Source: Octopus sinensis (lineage: Eukaryota). From it: a stretch of 64,000 nt of DNA. The stretch is from NCBI RefSeq assembly GCF_006345805.1, contig NC_043003.1, forward strand, positions 100,502,001 to 100,566,000, given 5' to 3'. The notes beneath the pieces are model-generated. The model was not told where the DNA came from. It did no database searches and saw only the letters and a list, made by a program, of their open reading frames with translations. Every line of letters starts with the position of its first letter. Positions within the stretch are counted from its first letter, which is position 1. The position numbers and the translations under genes were made by a program. Of this stretch, positions 25,570 through 37,619 are shown piece by piece.

Positions 25570-26572
25570 ATGCGAGCGCGTGCATGTATATAAGTGTAAA
25601 CCACAGGTGAGCTCACTGAAAATACAACAACATAGTTTCCTAATACAGAGATTAATACATATTTATACAACTACATACACACATATGCATGCACATGCAC
25701 ACACACACTTACACATGCACACAATCAGAGAAAGAGAAAGAATAAGAAGTAAGAGAAATATCAATTAGTTTTTGCTGCTGTTTTTAATTCAGTGTATGGT
25801 TTATTTGAAATCTCTGCCACTAGTAATCTTTCTTGTATTTGATGAAGAAATGGTCATAAATAATGATGCATAAGCAAAGACAAAAAAAGCCACAAAGTTT
25901 TTCAATTCAGCAATGGCTATCCTGAGATTGGTAATTCACAGTAAGTTTGAGTATTCTTTTCTTTTTTCTTTATAATTACCATGTATAACTATACACAAAA
26001 TTGAGAAATTATTATCAAACTTAGACACCCTCACTTCATATATATTTTCAGTAGAATTAGTTCAAATAGCAATAATGGTGTGAAAGACAAAAATAAAAAA
26101 CTGTTAACTTCGCTCAGTTATTTAATATTTTGTGTCAAATAAATTTGACACCAGATTTGACATTTGGAACTGTCTCAGGGAATTGGTTACAGATAATGCA
26201 ATGACAATTTTGACAACAAATTGATAAATGATTAAGTGAAGTTAACAGTTTTTATGTTTATGAATGGCTAAAATGTGTCTTTCATACTGTAAATGATTTT
26301 GTTTCAACACACCATCTCAGATCAAATTACTTGTTAGACAAGTACAATCCTGAAATTTCTTTGGTTCCCAAAATTGTAATATTTCAAGTGAAATATAATA
26401 ATTTCAAAATATTGCTTAAACAAGTTGTTACTGTTTACAATGAGTAGATTAACACACACACACACACAAAAACATTTACACAGACAAGTATGTAACAACA
26501 CAGTAGCAACACATCTTTAGCATAGCAAAATGAAAAGCTTGGAAATTTGTAAAGGTGGCACAGCTAACTTAC

Positions 26573-26741
26573 TGGCTCTATATCCCTAGAAGTTTGGTAC
26601 ATATTTTTGCATGGCCATTTAAGATCACCAACTTTGTCAGCTGTCTTATAAATGTCTCTCGCAGCACTTCGAGTCAGCATCCCTGTTTTGTTGCGCCATT
26701 TACTATCAAGGAATTCAAAATTATGTCTTACATTGCCAGAG
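26573..26741 (-). CDS. Candidate host-gene exon (SGNVRHNFEFLDSKWRNKTGMLTRSAARDIYKTADKVGDLKWPCKNMYQTSRDIEP)
   Basis: Strong donor CCA|gtaagt; pyrimidine-rich acceptor ttccttctttgtttccaaatag; only one frame is open. Confidence 0.65.
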
Positions 26742-26941
26742 CTATTTGGAAACAAAGAAGGAATATAACATGATATGGCTTGCAAGTAAAGAAGGTAAGA
26801 GACTTTTAAAAATATTAATTGATATCTATTAAATTAAAAATTTTTTCCATTGTTTTTGTTTTTCTTTATCTATTTCTTTGGAGTTTGGTGAAAATTTCTT
26901 GAAAATTCATTTGACCTTTGAAATGATACAATCAGTGAAAT

Positions 26942-27063
26942 GAAGAAGAAGAAGAAGAAGAAGAAGAAGAAGAAGAAGAAGAAGAAGAAGAAGAAGAAGA
27001 AGAAAAGAAGAAGAAGAAGAAGAAGAAGAAGAAGAAGAAGAAGAAGAAGAAGAAGAAGAAGAA

Positions 27064-27110
<47 letters not shown>

Positions 27111-27130
27111 TAATAATAATAATAATAATA
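26942..27130. repeat. Compound microsatellite (GAA)n + (AAT)n
   Basis: Directly visible. Confidence 0.95.
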
Positions 27131-27134
27131 AATG

Positions 27135-27673
27135 CCCTGATGCAGTACCAGGCAGTGGCTCTCATGGCTTCTGATCTTAACTGATTGGAAGTGTTATCAT
27201 GTACATTGTTTTGTCTTGGTATAAAAGATGGGCTACAGCAAATATTCTGCTCAATACCACAGATTTGCTTGTCAGTTGTTTGACCTTAACCAGTTGAGCA
27301 TGTCCCTTAGTGGCTGACGATATGTGCATCTCTGATCACGAGCAGAAGTAGTGGGGGAGCATCATAGCCATGTGTTGAGAGGGATTCTTTGGGGTTTGAA
27401 TAGTTCACCTCTGGAAACATGGGTGGTTCTTTCAACATCCTTAAACAACCCTTATTCAGGGACCGTTTGAGCGGGATGGGCTACTCAACCTGAAGAAAAT
27501 TCTAACTGGGCCCCACCTGCAAGGTCATGTGCTGTTTATCTTGATATAAGATCACCATGTCGCGCACATATGGTTGTGATGCATGTGCCTGGTGTACCTT
27601 TATCAGACGGGTATATTGGGCTTCGTATATTTTACCCCAGTGTCACTTTGATGGCATGAACTGCTCTCTCACT
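27135..27673. repeat. ~540-bp (AAT)n-associated repeat, longest copy
   Basis: (AAT)n on both sides; matches copies at 1-382, 1315-1788 and 37365-37620. Confidence 0.9.
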
Positions 27674-27699
27674 CAATAATAATAATAATAATAATAATA

Positions 27700-27815
<116 letters not shown>

Positions 27816-29127
27816 GGGTGGGTCAAATGGTACTTATTTTACAAACCCCAAAAGGATGAAAGGCAAAGTTGAACTTGGTGAAATTTGAACTCAGAACATA
27901 AACCCAGAAGAAATAGCAAGTAAGCATTATGTCTGGTGGGCTAATGATTCTATTAATTAAAATGACACAAACCATCAAATTACTTCTGAAAGAAATGAAT
28001 TCACATAGCTCTACTAGAAACTCAGTGAAATATTTATCTGTGAACACATCACAAGCAGTAAATGTGATAATATCTCTATCCTCAAGATAAGAGCCTTTTA
28101 TATTCCTTAAAGAGTAACAGCATTAAAATGAAAAGTCTTGAAAGGTGTTGATTCTAATATCTGGAAATATGGAATTTTGTCAAAGAGCGTTCTGTATCTC
28201 CCCCTCCTCCCCGCCTTCGACAGCGCTTTCACACACTCTCTCTCTACGTCTGTCTGTATTCATAAACAGAATCATCATCGCCACCACAACCACACAATCA
28301 TGAGAACAAATATTATGAATCAGATATTTATTGGGTTAATTCATATATGTGTGTGTGTGTGTGTTCTATATATAAATATGTATATTAAACTTTTTAATAC
28401 TTTTTGATAGTTATATATATTTTTTTTTAATTATAAATATAAATTAATAATTTTCATTTTAAATTTAAATAATTTAAATTTTTAAATTTTATATTTTATA
28501 TATTTTGTATATTATATTTTTATTTTTATGTTTTCATTTATGTTTTTCACTGTTTGATTTGCCTAATAGTGGTTTTATCTCTAATTTATTTTATTTGTAT
28601 ACATTTGTATATATAATGCATACACACACACACACATAATGCTTGCCATGGTGAGTCTACTGTCGTGAGAAAGAATCACTTCAAAGCTTGGTGTTTACGA
28701 ATTTTCTTTCACATCAAGTTCAAATTTTTACGCCACCTGTTAAACGGCCACTATGTTACTGTCCGTTGTTAAGAAATGCCAGCCATGGTGACTCTACTAT
28801 CCTCAGATTCTACCCTTTCAATCTTTGGTTTCCAATATTTTTTTATTTTTATTCAGCTCGCAAGTTCGTCTGTCCCTTTTAAATGTTAGTGTTTTGCTTT
28901 CTGCCTTGAAGCAGACCTTTCTGTTGTCACTGCCTGATATTTTTATGATTGATCTTTCAAACTACTTTCTTTCTCAACTTACTCAAGATCTTTTGTTGTT
29001 TATAAATGGGAGAGAGATAGATAGAGAAAGATAGAGAGTAAGAGAAAGCGGGGGAGAGTCCGAGAGAAAGGAAGAGTAAGAGAGTGGGAAAGGGAGAGAG
29101 AAAGGAGAGAGAAACAAACAGGGAGAA

Positions 29128-29805
29128 TCATCATCATCGTTTAACGTCCATTTTCCATGCTAGTACGGTTTGACCGGGGTCTGGGAAGCCAGGAGGCTGC
29201 ACTAGGCTCCAGTCTGATCTGGCAGTGTTTCTACAGCTGGATGCCCTTCCTAAGGCCAACCACTCCGTGATTGTAGTGGGTGCTTTTTTCGTGCCACCGG
29301 CACAGGTGCCACGGGGGAAGGGGCACTGGCAGCGGCCACGTTCGGATGGTGCTTTTTACATGCCGAAAGGATACAACAGAAAATAACAATCACACTCTTA
29401 CCTGCGCGTAGAGCGGGTCACCTTAAGCTAGTCTATATATATATATCACCATAATAGATCTCTCCTTGTTTTTTCTGTGTCCCTTTCTGTAGAAGAGCGT
29501 AGGCTCGAACGTAAAAGTCTTTTTCTATTCCTGAGCGTTATACTAATACATCTATTTGTTTTGTACACTACCTGTCTTCATCTGTTGTTTTTTTTGTAAA
29601 CTCTCCCTATATATATCATCATCATCATCGTTTAACGTCCGTTTTCCGTGCTAGCACGGGCTGGACGGTTCGATCGGGGTCTGGGAAGCCAGGAGGCTGC
29701 ACCAGGCTCCAGTCTGATCTGGCAGTGTTTCTACAGCTGGATGCCCTTCCTAATGCCAACCACTTCATGAGTGTAGTGGGTGGTTTTTACGTGCCACCGG
29801 CACAG
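29128..29805 (-). mobile_element. Two RTE-type 3' tails/SINEs in direct orientation (29128-29370, 29615-29805)
   Basis: Both begin (CAT)nCGTTTAACGTCC, the reverse complement of a GGACGTTAAACG(ATG)n tail, and share ~170 bp. Confidence 0.75.
29483..29517 (+). ncRNA. Degenerate minimal hammerhead-like motif
   Basis: CTTT-CTGTAGA-A-GAGC gtag GCTC-GAAC-GTA/AAAG; A6 substituted and one A missing from GAAA. Confidence 0.45.
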
Positions 29806-29839
29806 ATATATATGTATATATATATACATAAATTAAATA

Positions 29840-30250
29840 GAGTGAGACTATTGACAATCTAATAATTTATTTATAGTATGACATAATATTATATAACATA
29901 AACAATTATTTTAAAAAATCATAAAAGGCCAACAAATTGTTTTGGCTTATATACATTTTGTGATACACATGCACAATAATAGTTCCCTTATAAATAAGGA
30001 TCATGGTTTAAAGACAGATAGGATTTCATCAATCTTTAAACTACGACCCTGAAGTGACTTATATATAAGGGAACTGTTATTGTGTATGTATATCAGAAAA
30101 TGTATATAAGTTGAAACAATTTGTTGGCCTTTTATGGTTTTTTAAATAATTGTTTATGTTATATAATATTATGTTATATTCATAGTATATTATGTAAAAT
30201 TGTAATATTATAATATAAATAAATTATTGGATTGTCAATAGTATCTCTAT
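29840..30250. repeat. Inverted repeat (~170-bp arms), probably an inverted PLE pLTR pair
   Basis: 29840-30000 pairs with 30057-30250; short internal GGTTTAAAGA/TCTTTAAACT hairpin in the spacer. Confidence 0.8.
30045..30129 (+). ncRNA. Near-complete type I hammerhead with long stem II
   Basis: GACC-CTGAAGT-GACTTATATA..TATATAAGTT-GAAAC-AATTT-GTT/GGCC; A9 changed to T, one stem I mismatch. Confidence 0.6.
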
Positions 30251-30779
30251 TTAATTTCTTTGTAATTGCATGCATTATACCCATACTAAGATGGTATTCA
30301 ACTAATGTACCAGTGAATTAAATGTTTAACACACCCCTTTGAAGGATCTCTTTTCCTCAGTTTGTTACTATATATATATACTAGATATTAGCTTGAATAA
30401 TATCTATCTACACATATATATACATACATATATATACATATATATATAATTCATTTTCAAGAGATAAAATTTTCTCTATATATATAGGACACATCAAAGC
30501 ACTCAGTATATTTGAGCCATAGGAAAATAGGGAAGATAATGATGAGAGACAAAAGATAGGTTACTAAAATATATTCTGTTGTAAAATTATTTTGTGCACA
30601 AAATCATGTACTAAAAGTATATAGATATATAAATATACTTAAAAATATATTAAAAATATACATAGATATAAATATATGAATATGCTAAGAATATATTAAG
30701 AACATACAACATATAGTCCTACTTACAATAAAAATGATATTAAAATTATATACACAGAATGGGTGGAGTGCAGAAAATG

Positions 30780-31000
30780 CTATAATTCTATATAGAGGTT
30801 TATAATTTGTTAAAATCCGACGGTCATTTCTGGGGGCATAGTGGTGCAAAAGATGTAATAGAATTTAAGTTCTATTAATTTAGTATCACCACCTCCTTCT
30901 TTATGGAATTTTCCAACTGGTAAGGCTACATTTGTTATGCTCAATGGTGGAATTTGATGCTGACAACCTTCATAAAGAGATATACTTATTCTTATGGTGG
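30780..31000 (-). mobile_element. Possible decayed Penelope-like endonuclease C-terminus
   Basis: NVALPVGKFHKEGGGDTKLIELKFYYIFCTTMPPEMTVGF* loosely resembles Neptune/Poseidon C-termini. Confidence 0.3.
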
Positions 31001-31386
31001 GTGGGTGTTAGGTATGTAATTTCTTTTAATACAGTAGGAGGGGAGAATATGCTACTATTGAGATGAAGCTACTAATAATGTTCGAGGTGGAGGGTTGGAG
31101 GAGAAGACATAAATCAAGTTTTTATATTTCAGATTTAAGGGAATAATAATTTATTGAGTAGTTATGAAGAGTTAACCAAATGTCTAGGGTTTGAATAATA
31201 CAATTTCTTCTCCTAATTAGGCTTGGTAGTAGTAGTAGTAGTAGTAAACCATGACATTCTTCCATGAGATGTTTTTCTCAACTGATTGTTTGGGTAAAAT
31301 TCAGCAGCAGCAATATTTGTTGAATTTGGCAAATATTCTTGGAACATTCGCCAACTTCAACAAAGATTGCTGGTGCAGAAATTTAA

Positions 31387-31437
<51 letters not shown>

Positions 31438-31890
31438 ATATATAAATATATATATATATATGTCAGGTCACTTTCAAGTGCTACTGGTAACATGTAACCC
31501 AGTACAACCTGTTGCATGGTCGGGTCGTCGGCGACTACACTGGCAACCCCACCAAGCTTGCTTGGTGAGGAGGGTGTTTATTGGACACCCTGCACGCAGT
31601 TAAACCATTGGGAGTGAAGGACTCCTAGCTTTTGTTAGGGCATCCTTCTAGGAGAAGGTAACTCAGGTAACTGGGATAACTCTGATATAAAACCTGCGGC
31701 TCAGTGGTTACCGATGATGTTGACTTGTTCCTTTTTTTGGATTATGGCTGCTGTTGCTTAGTGAGTGAGATTGACTCAGTGCATAGCCTTTCCTCACTTT
31801 AAAAAAAAATCTTCTTGCACAGGCATTGCACGATAACAACATTGATTAAGCTTCGTGCAATGGCCATACTCGATAACGAGGGGGCAGCCA

Positions 31891-31930
<40 letters not shown>

Positions 31931-32584
31931 CTCTCCTCTCTTTCCATGTGACTGGTGTTTGGCCAAGCCTGACCTTTCTTTCTTGGTTCAACTGCAATCT
32001 GTGTAACATCTCTTATATTCCTTCCCATGACTTTCATCTTCTAAATTCCTGCCGTAAGGCTTCACTTCCACACATGCCAACTTAATGTATTTCGTCCTTA
32101 ATCGAAAGACACCTGTTGTTAATGTCCTTTTGCTTCTATTTGTAATTGTGTACCATTTCTCCATTTTTTTCATCCTTGTTTTCATATACATTTGTTTGCT
32201 TTCTTCCAAAGAATCTAGTGCTCTTAGCTTAGATTTTCTTGAGGCTGGCTAGATTAGAGCAGTCTTGAGAGTAACCGGCCAAAACTGCAAAAATGATCTG
32301 GTACTTGACTGAATGGCCCATCCTTGTTTTTTCCTGTCCTTTTTTTGTATTGTCTAACTGCCTCAATGTTTTGTTGTTGCCTGTTACGTTCTTGTTCCAT
32401 TTTTTGTTTTGCTTTATATATATATATATATATATATATTCAAAAAGCAATAAAGATTCAATTTAAATGAATTTACTTGAATATGGTACCTAACTTAGAT
32501 GCACCAAAACAAACTATACGGTTTTAACAATACAGTAATGTGGGGTGATTATAAGCGAGAAAAAAGCAACAAGAATGGATAGGT

Positions 32585-32675
32585 TTTTAGTACAATCGTT
32601 TCATACAAGGACAGGCTTTATTAAAAGTTGCAAAAATTGCAGCATATAAACGTGTCCCGTACTCATCAGCTAAAA
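32585..32675 (-). ncRNA. Type I hammerhead ribozyme (copy 2)
   Basis: Same core and stems as 16693-16783. Confidence 0.85.
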
Positions 32676-34407
32676 TACATGTGAGTTCTCTAGACATCCT
32701 AGTGGTTGAGGCTATACTCATGAAGTAATGTAGATAATTAAGTAACATAAACAGAATTCCAAAGTTCATTAAAGTTCTTTAAAGATGATGTACAGTCTTA
32801 TCACAGAATTTTTAAAAAAGTTTTAATAGCATCACAGAGAAGGTGACTTAATCCATAGTGTACATATGAATTTCCAGAGATATGAGGAGGGATTACATAC
32901 TCACAGACGACAAATTTATCCATTGCTAATCACAACGAGGTGGGTTTCAATTCCTGCTTATTAGCATTACAGAGAGGGTGAATTAATCCTTTGTATAGAT
33001 GCACAATTTCCAATGGTGTAGATGTAAATTTCCAGAGAAATGAAGAGGAATTTCATATTCACAGGCGATAAATTTATCAATGGTTGAACACAATGAGGTG
33101 GGTATCAATTCTTGCTATATGATTAGGTATTTGCCACATTAATCACATTACTGCTATTTTCAAGAGACTGTAGCTATTTAACTTTTAAAGGCTGAAGGGC
33201 TTTCTGGAGAGGCAAAGAACAGAAAAGGGAAGGAAAGAGAAGGAAAGAGAGAAAATAAAGGGGGAGGGAGCAAAAGGGGGGGGGGCTAGAAGAGAAGAGA
33301 AAAGGAAAAAGAAAAAAGAAAAAGAGAATAAGAAGAAGAAAAAAAAAAAAGAGAAAAGAGAAAGAAATAGGGAAAGAAGGGAAAAAAAGAAAAAGAAAAA
33401 AAAAAAAAGAGGGTTCTAGTTATACAGAAGAAAATTTACAGGCATCTAGGAACTAGAGGAGAATATTATTCTTTGACCAGTAAAACAGCTAATTTATTGC
33501 TGTCGAAAGCAGCTATGAATTTAAAGAGAATCTAAAGAGATAACACGGTCAGGGGTTTAGGGGTTTAGTGGTCAAAGGCTAAAATCAAAAGAAAATACAT
33601 TAGGAAAATCTAAGTATAATCTTATCAAAAAGTCATTAAAATTTATTTATTTATTTTATTCATTTTACTGTCTTAAGGAGTTGCCGTTATTATTCATACA
33701 TTGACGGACTACAGGTCAAATCTTAGAAGATCATTTACAACGTGTTTTTTTTTCTTCTTCTTATTCTCTTTTTCTTTTTTTCTTTTTCCTTTTCTCTTCT
33801 CTTCTAGCCCCCCCCCCTTTTGCTCCCTCCCCCTTTATTTTCTCTCTTTCCTTCCCTTTTCTGTTCTTTGCCTCTCCAGAAAGCCCTTCAGCCTTTAAAA
33901 GTTAAATAGCTACAGTCTCTTGAAAATAGCAGTAATGTGATTAATGTGGCAAATACCTAATCATATAGCAAGAATTGATACCCACCTCATTGTGTTCAAC
34001 CATTGATAAATTTATCGCCTGTGAATATGAAATTCCTCTTCATTTCTCTGGAAATTTACATCTACACCATTGGAAATTGTGCATCTATACAAAGGATTAA
34101 TTCACCCTCTCTGTAATGCTAATCAGCAGGAATTGAAACCCACCTCGTTGTGATTAGCAATGGATAAATTTGTCGTCTGTGAGTATGTAATCCCTCCTCA
34201 TATCTCTGGAAATTCATATGTACACTATGGATTAAGTCACCTTCTCTGTGATGCTATTAAAACTTTTTTTAAAATTCTGTGATAAGACTGTACATCATCT
34301 TTAAAGAACTTTAATGAACTTTGGAATTCTGTTTATGTTACTTAATTATCTACATTACTTCATGAGTATAGCCTCAACCACTAGGATGTCTAGAGAACTC
34401 ACATGTA

Positions 34408-34498
34408 TTTTAGCTGATGAGTATGGGACACGTTTATATGCTGCAATTTTTGCAACTTTTAATAAAGCCTGTCCTTGTATGAAACGATTGTACTAAAA
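34408..34498 (+). ncRNA. Type I hammerhead ribozyme (copy 3)
   Basis: TTTTAG CTGATGA GTATGGGACA..TGTCCTTGTAT GAAAC GATT GTA CTAAAA; the C-to-T change in stem II leaves a U-G wobble. Confidence 0.85.
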
Positions 34499-34528
34499 AC
34501 CTATCCATTCTTGTTGCTTTTTTCTCGC

Positions 34529-34579
<51 letters not shown>

Positions 34580-34599
34580 TAGGTTTATATATATATATA

Positions 34600-35195
34600 T
34601 ATGTGTGTGTGTGTGGAAGGGGGCTGGTGACCTTGATGTGTGTGTATGTATAGGTGTGTGGATGATGGTGTAGGTGCTGGGAAGTGGTCAGTCCTAGTGT
34701 GTTACGGGGTGGTGTGATGTGGGGTGGTATGGTGACGTGGTGTGGTGTTGGGGTGTGGGGAAACAAGGGTGGGGTGGGTGTGGGATTGGATGTATAGGCA
34801 TGGTGGGGTTGGAATGTGTAAGGGTAGGGTAACGAGGGAGGGAGTGATGATGAAGGGAGAGGGTAGAAGGGAGAGGTGAGTAGGAGTGAAGAGAGGAAGT
34901 AGGTGCCAAAGTAAGAGTGGAGAGGTGGGTGAGAGGAAGTAGGTGTGAGAGGAAGAGGGGAGAGAGGAGGAGGGTTAGATGAAGAAGGGAGGAGAGTTGA
35001 GCCCATGTGGTGCAAAAGAGCGAAGAGAGAAGATTAATCCCTGCTCACGGCGAAGACGGGAGTCCGGATGGCCCTTGTGTAAGGACAATTTCAACACAGA
35101 CAAGTTTGTAAAGAGTGACCAGTAGAGTGGAAATGGTGCAAGACCAGGGTGTCGTTGCCAAGTCTGATGCTTAATATGTAGCTACTTAATTACAA
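34600..35195 (-). mobile_element. Neptune/Poseidon-type Penelope-like 3' end
   Basis: ..HPDSRLRREQGLIFSLRSFAPHGLNSPPFFI*; homologous to 51780-52030. Confidence 0.7.
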
Positions 35196-35299
35196 CTGAC
35201 TTCAATGGGGAATGAGGCCACTGACTATCCCTTGATAAGATCCTCATTGATTAAGTGTTAGTATTTCGATTTCTTTACCCTGCAGGAATTTTGAGTCTG

Positions 35300-36080
35300 T
35301 TCCCCCAGAGTACTGTGAGTTCACCCATGATGATTGCTTTTGCATTCTTGGAGAGTAGAAACATGTCCAGTTGAAGAAATATGTCCTGCATTCACCCCAT
35401 GATCCACTGCTGTTGAATCATGGATCTTATGCACTATGAACTCTCTCTTGTTCCTGGTATTGGTGTTTTCCCACCTCTTGATGTGGTAGTTGCCAAACCT
35501 CAGCTGTCCTTGACAGACTACCCCAACAATCACCTGGTGCTTCCAGTATGTCTCTGCTTCTTTCACAGCTTCCTGGGGTTACCATTTTCTGCTACGTTTT
35601 ATGGGCTTATTGGTGTGTCTGACTTTCTCATCATCAAACAGAAGCAATGCAGTGTCTGCTCTTACCTTTGTGGCTTTAAATTCTGCCTCCACTACTGAAA
35701 TTGGTAGCTGGAGCTGAGATGATATTAAGGCTCTGAAATTTTGCCGGGTTGAACTTCAAGAGTGACTATGTGGCAATTGCCCCTCTGATTGATCATGTCA
35801 CCCATGAATGGCCGGCAAACTAAATTTCCTGTTTTCATCAGTTTTGAGATCTTCCCTGCTACCTCTAGCAGTAGGTTTATGGTTGTCACAAACAGCACCA
35901 CAGAAATTTTGCACCCTACCATAATGCCTTTTTCCAACCCCTGCTGTTTAGTGGTGAAATTACCCACAGTGAACTTCATCTTCAACAAACCCATGTGGGA
36001 CACTATGAGCCTGACTACTTCTGTTGGTACTCAAATGTACTTTGAAGTAGCTGATGAGGTACACACGGTTACACTTTAGC
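35300..36080 (-). mobile_element. Decayed RLE-type LINE RT fragment (HERO/NeSL-like)
   Basis: LEKGIMVGCKISVVLF..CRPFMGDM, an RT domain 4/5-like segment; downstream LGFG..RW..NT segment. Confidence 0.55.
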
Positions 36081-36744
36081 ATGAACCAACCTTACAACAG
36101 AGAGTTGTAATATATAATCTATGCATATAATATATAAAATAAAAGGGAAGGAGAAATCTCAATGACAAATAGTGTGTTTACAAAAAATGTACAGTCTAAG
36201 TTAAGATCAAACCATTGTTATATGTCAGTGTCTTGTTTCTCTTTGAAAACCAACTCCAACAATTCAGACATAACTCTCTCTCTCTCTCTCTCTCTCTCCT
36301 GCTCTCATTGTTTCTCACACAAATAGATTCATAATTATGTCTAATGAAACTCTTAGAATGACAAATGCAAAGACTATTGATTTTCAGAAAAATTTTGATT
36401 TGGTGAATCTAAATATGAAAATAATACTTGTAATGAAGACACATGCCAAACACCACAAAAAGCTATAAAGATAACAATATTACTAATTGCAACAACATTT
36501 TCAGATTGGTAAAATGCCATCAAATTACTCTGTGAGAGAGATATTGTTGTTGTTTAGATCTTTAAATCTGTTTAGGTAGCAAATTAAAATGCTAACCAAA
36601 AGTGATATTTAATTGCAACCCTAGTACTTTACCTTACTGGGGCTGGAAAGACGAATGGCAAAGTTAACCTTACTATGATTTGATACCAGAGATGAAACTA
36701 ATATTACTCTAAGGATTCTGTCAAGCCATCACCCTCTTAATAAT

Positions 36745-37071
36745 AATAATCCTTTCTACTATACACACATGGCCTATAATTTTAGGAGAGGGTCTAGTTG
36801 ATTATATCAACCCCAGTATGCAACTGGTACTTATTTCATTGGTCCTGAAAGGATGAAAGGCAAAATTGACCTCGGCAGAAATACTGCAGGCACAAGGCCT
36901 GAAATCGGTGGGAGGGGAATAGTCGATTACATCAACCCCAGTTTTTCACTGGTACTTAATTTATCGACCCCTGAAAGGATAAAAGACAAAGTTGAACTCA
37001 GAACGTAGTGGCAGATGAAATACCACTAAGTATTTCACCCACCGTGCTAATGGTTCTGCCAGCTCGCTTCC

Positions 37072-37142
<71 letters not shown>

Positions 37143-37360
37143 CCTTTCTACAATAGGCACAAGGCCTGAAATTTTGGGGGAGGGGACTAGTTGATTACAT
37201 CAACCCCAGTGTTTCACTGGTATTTAATTTATCAACCCCAAAAGGCTGAAAGGCAAAGTTGACCTTGGCGGAATTTGAACTCAGAATGTAGAGACATATG
37301 AAATGCTGTTAAGCATTTTGCCTGGCATGCTAACAATTCTACCAGCTTTCCACCTTAATG
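36745..37360 (-). mobile_element. Three tandem SINEs with a Nin-DC/DeuSINE-like central domain
   Basis: Three repeats of CCCCAGT..ACTGGTA(C/T)TTA(A/T)TT(T/C)AT...GAAAGG(A/C)T(G/A)AAAG(G/A)CAAA(G/A)TTGA, each with an (AAT)n/CCTTTCTAC tail; related copies at 27820-27940 and 41610-41800. Confidence 0.7.
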
Positions 37361-37619
37361 ATAATAATGCTCTGATGCAGTATCAGGCAGTGGCTCTCAT
37401 AGCTTCTGATCTTAACTGATTGGAAGTGTTATCACATACATTGTTTTGTCTTGGTATAAAAGATGGGCTACAGCAAATATTCTGCTCAATACCACAGATT
37501 TATTTGTCAGTTGTTTGACCTTAACCAGTTGAGCATGTCTCTTGATGGCTGATGGTATGTGCTTCTCTGATCAAGAGTAGGAGTAGAGGAGGAGCATCAT
37601 AGCCATGTGTTGAGAGGGA

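Larger units (their letters stand above)
32555..34530. mobile_element. Inverted duplication of the element A pLTR (left arm 32555-33739, inverted arm 33741-34530)
   Basis: Left arm matches 16663-17855; right arm is the reverse complement of ~32555-33340 at very high identity. Confidence 0.9.

Noticed and set aside
23951-25950. Additional host exons near 24000-24140 and 25810-25925
   Set aside because: Splice sites are weak or absent, or there are in-frame stops.
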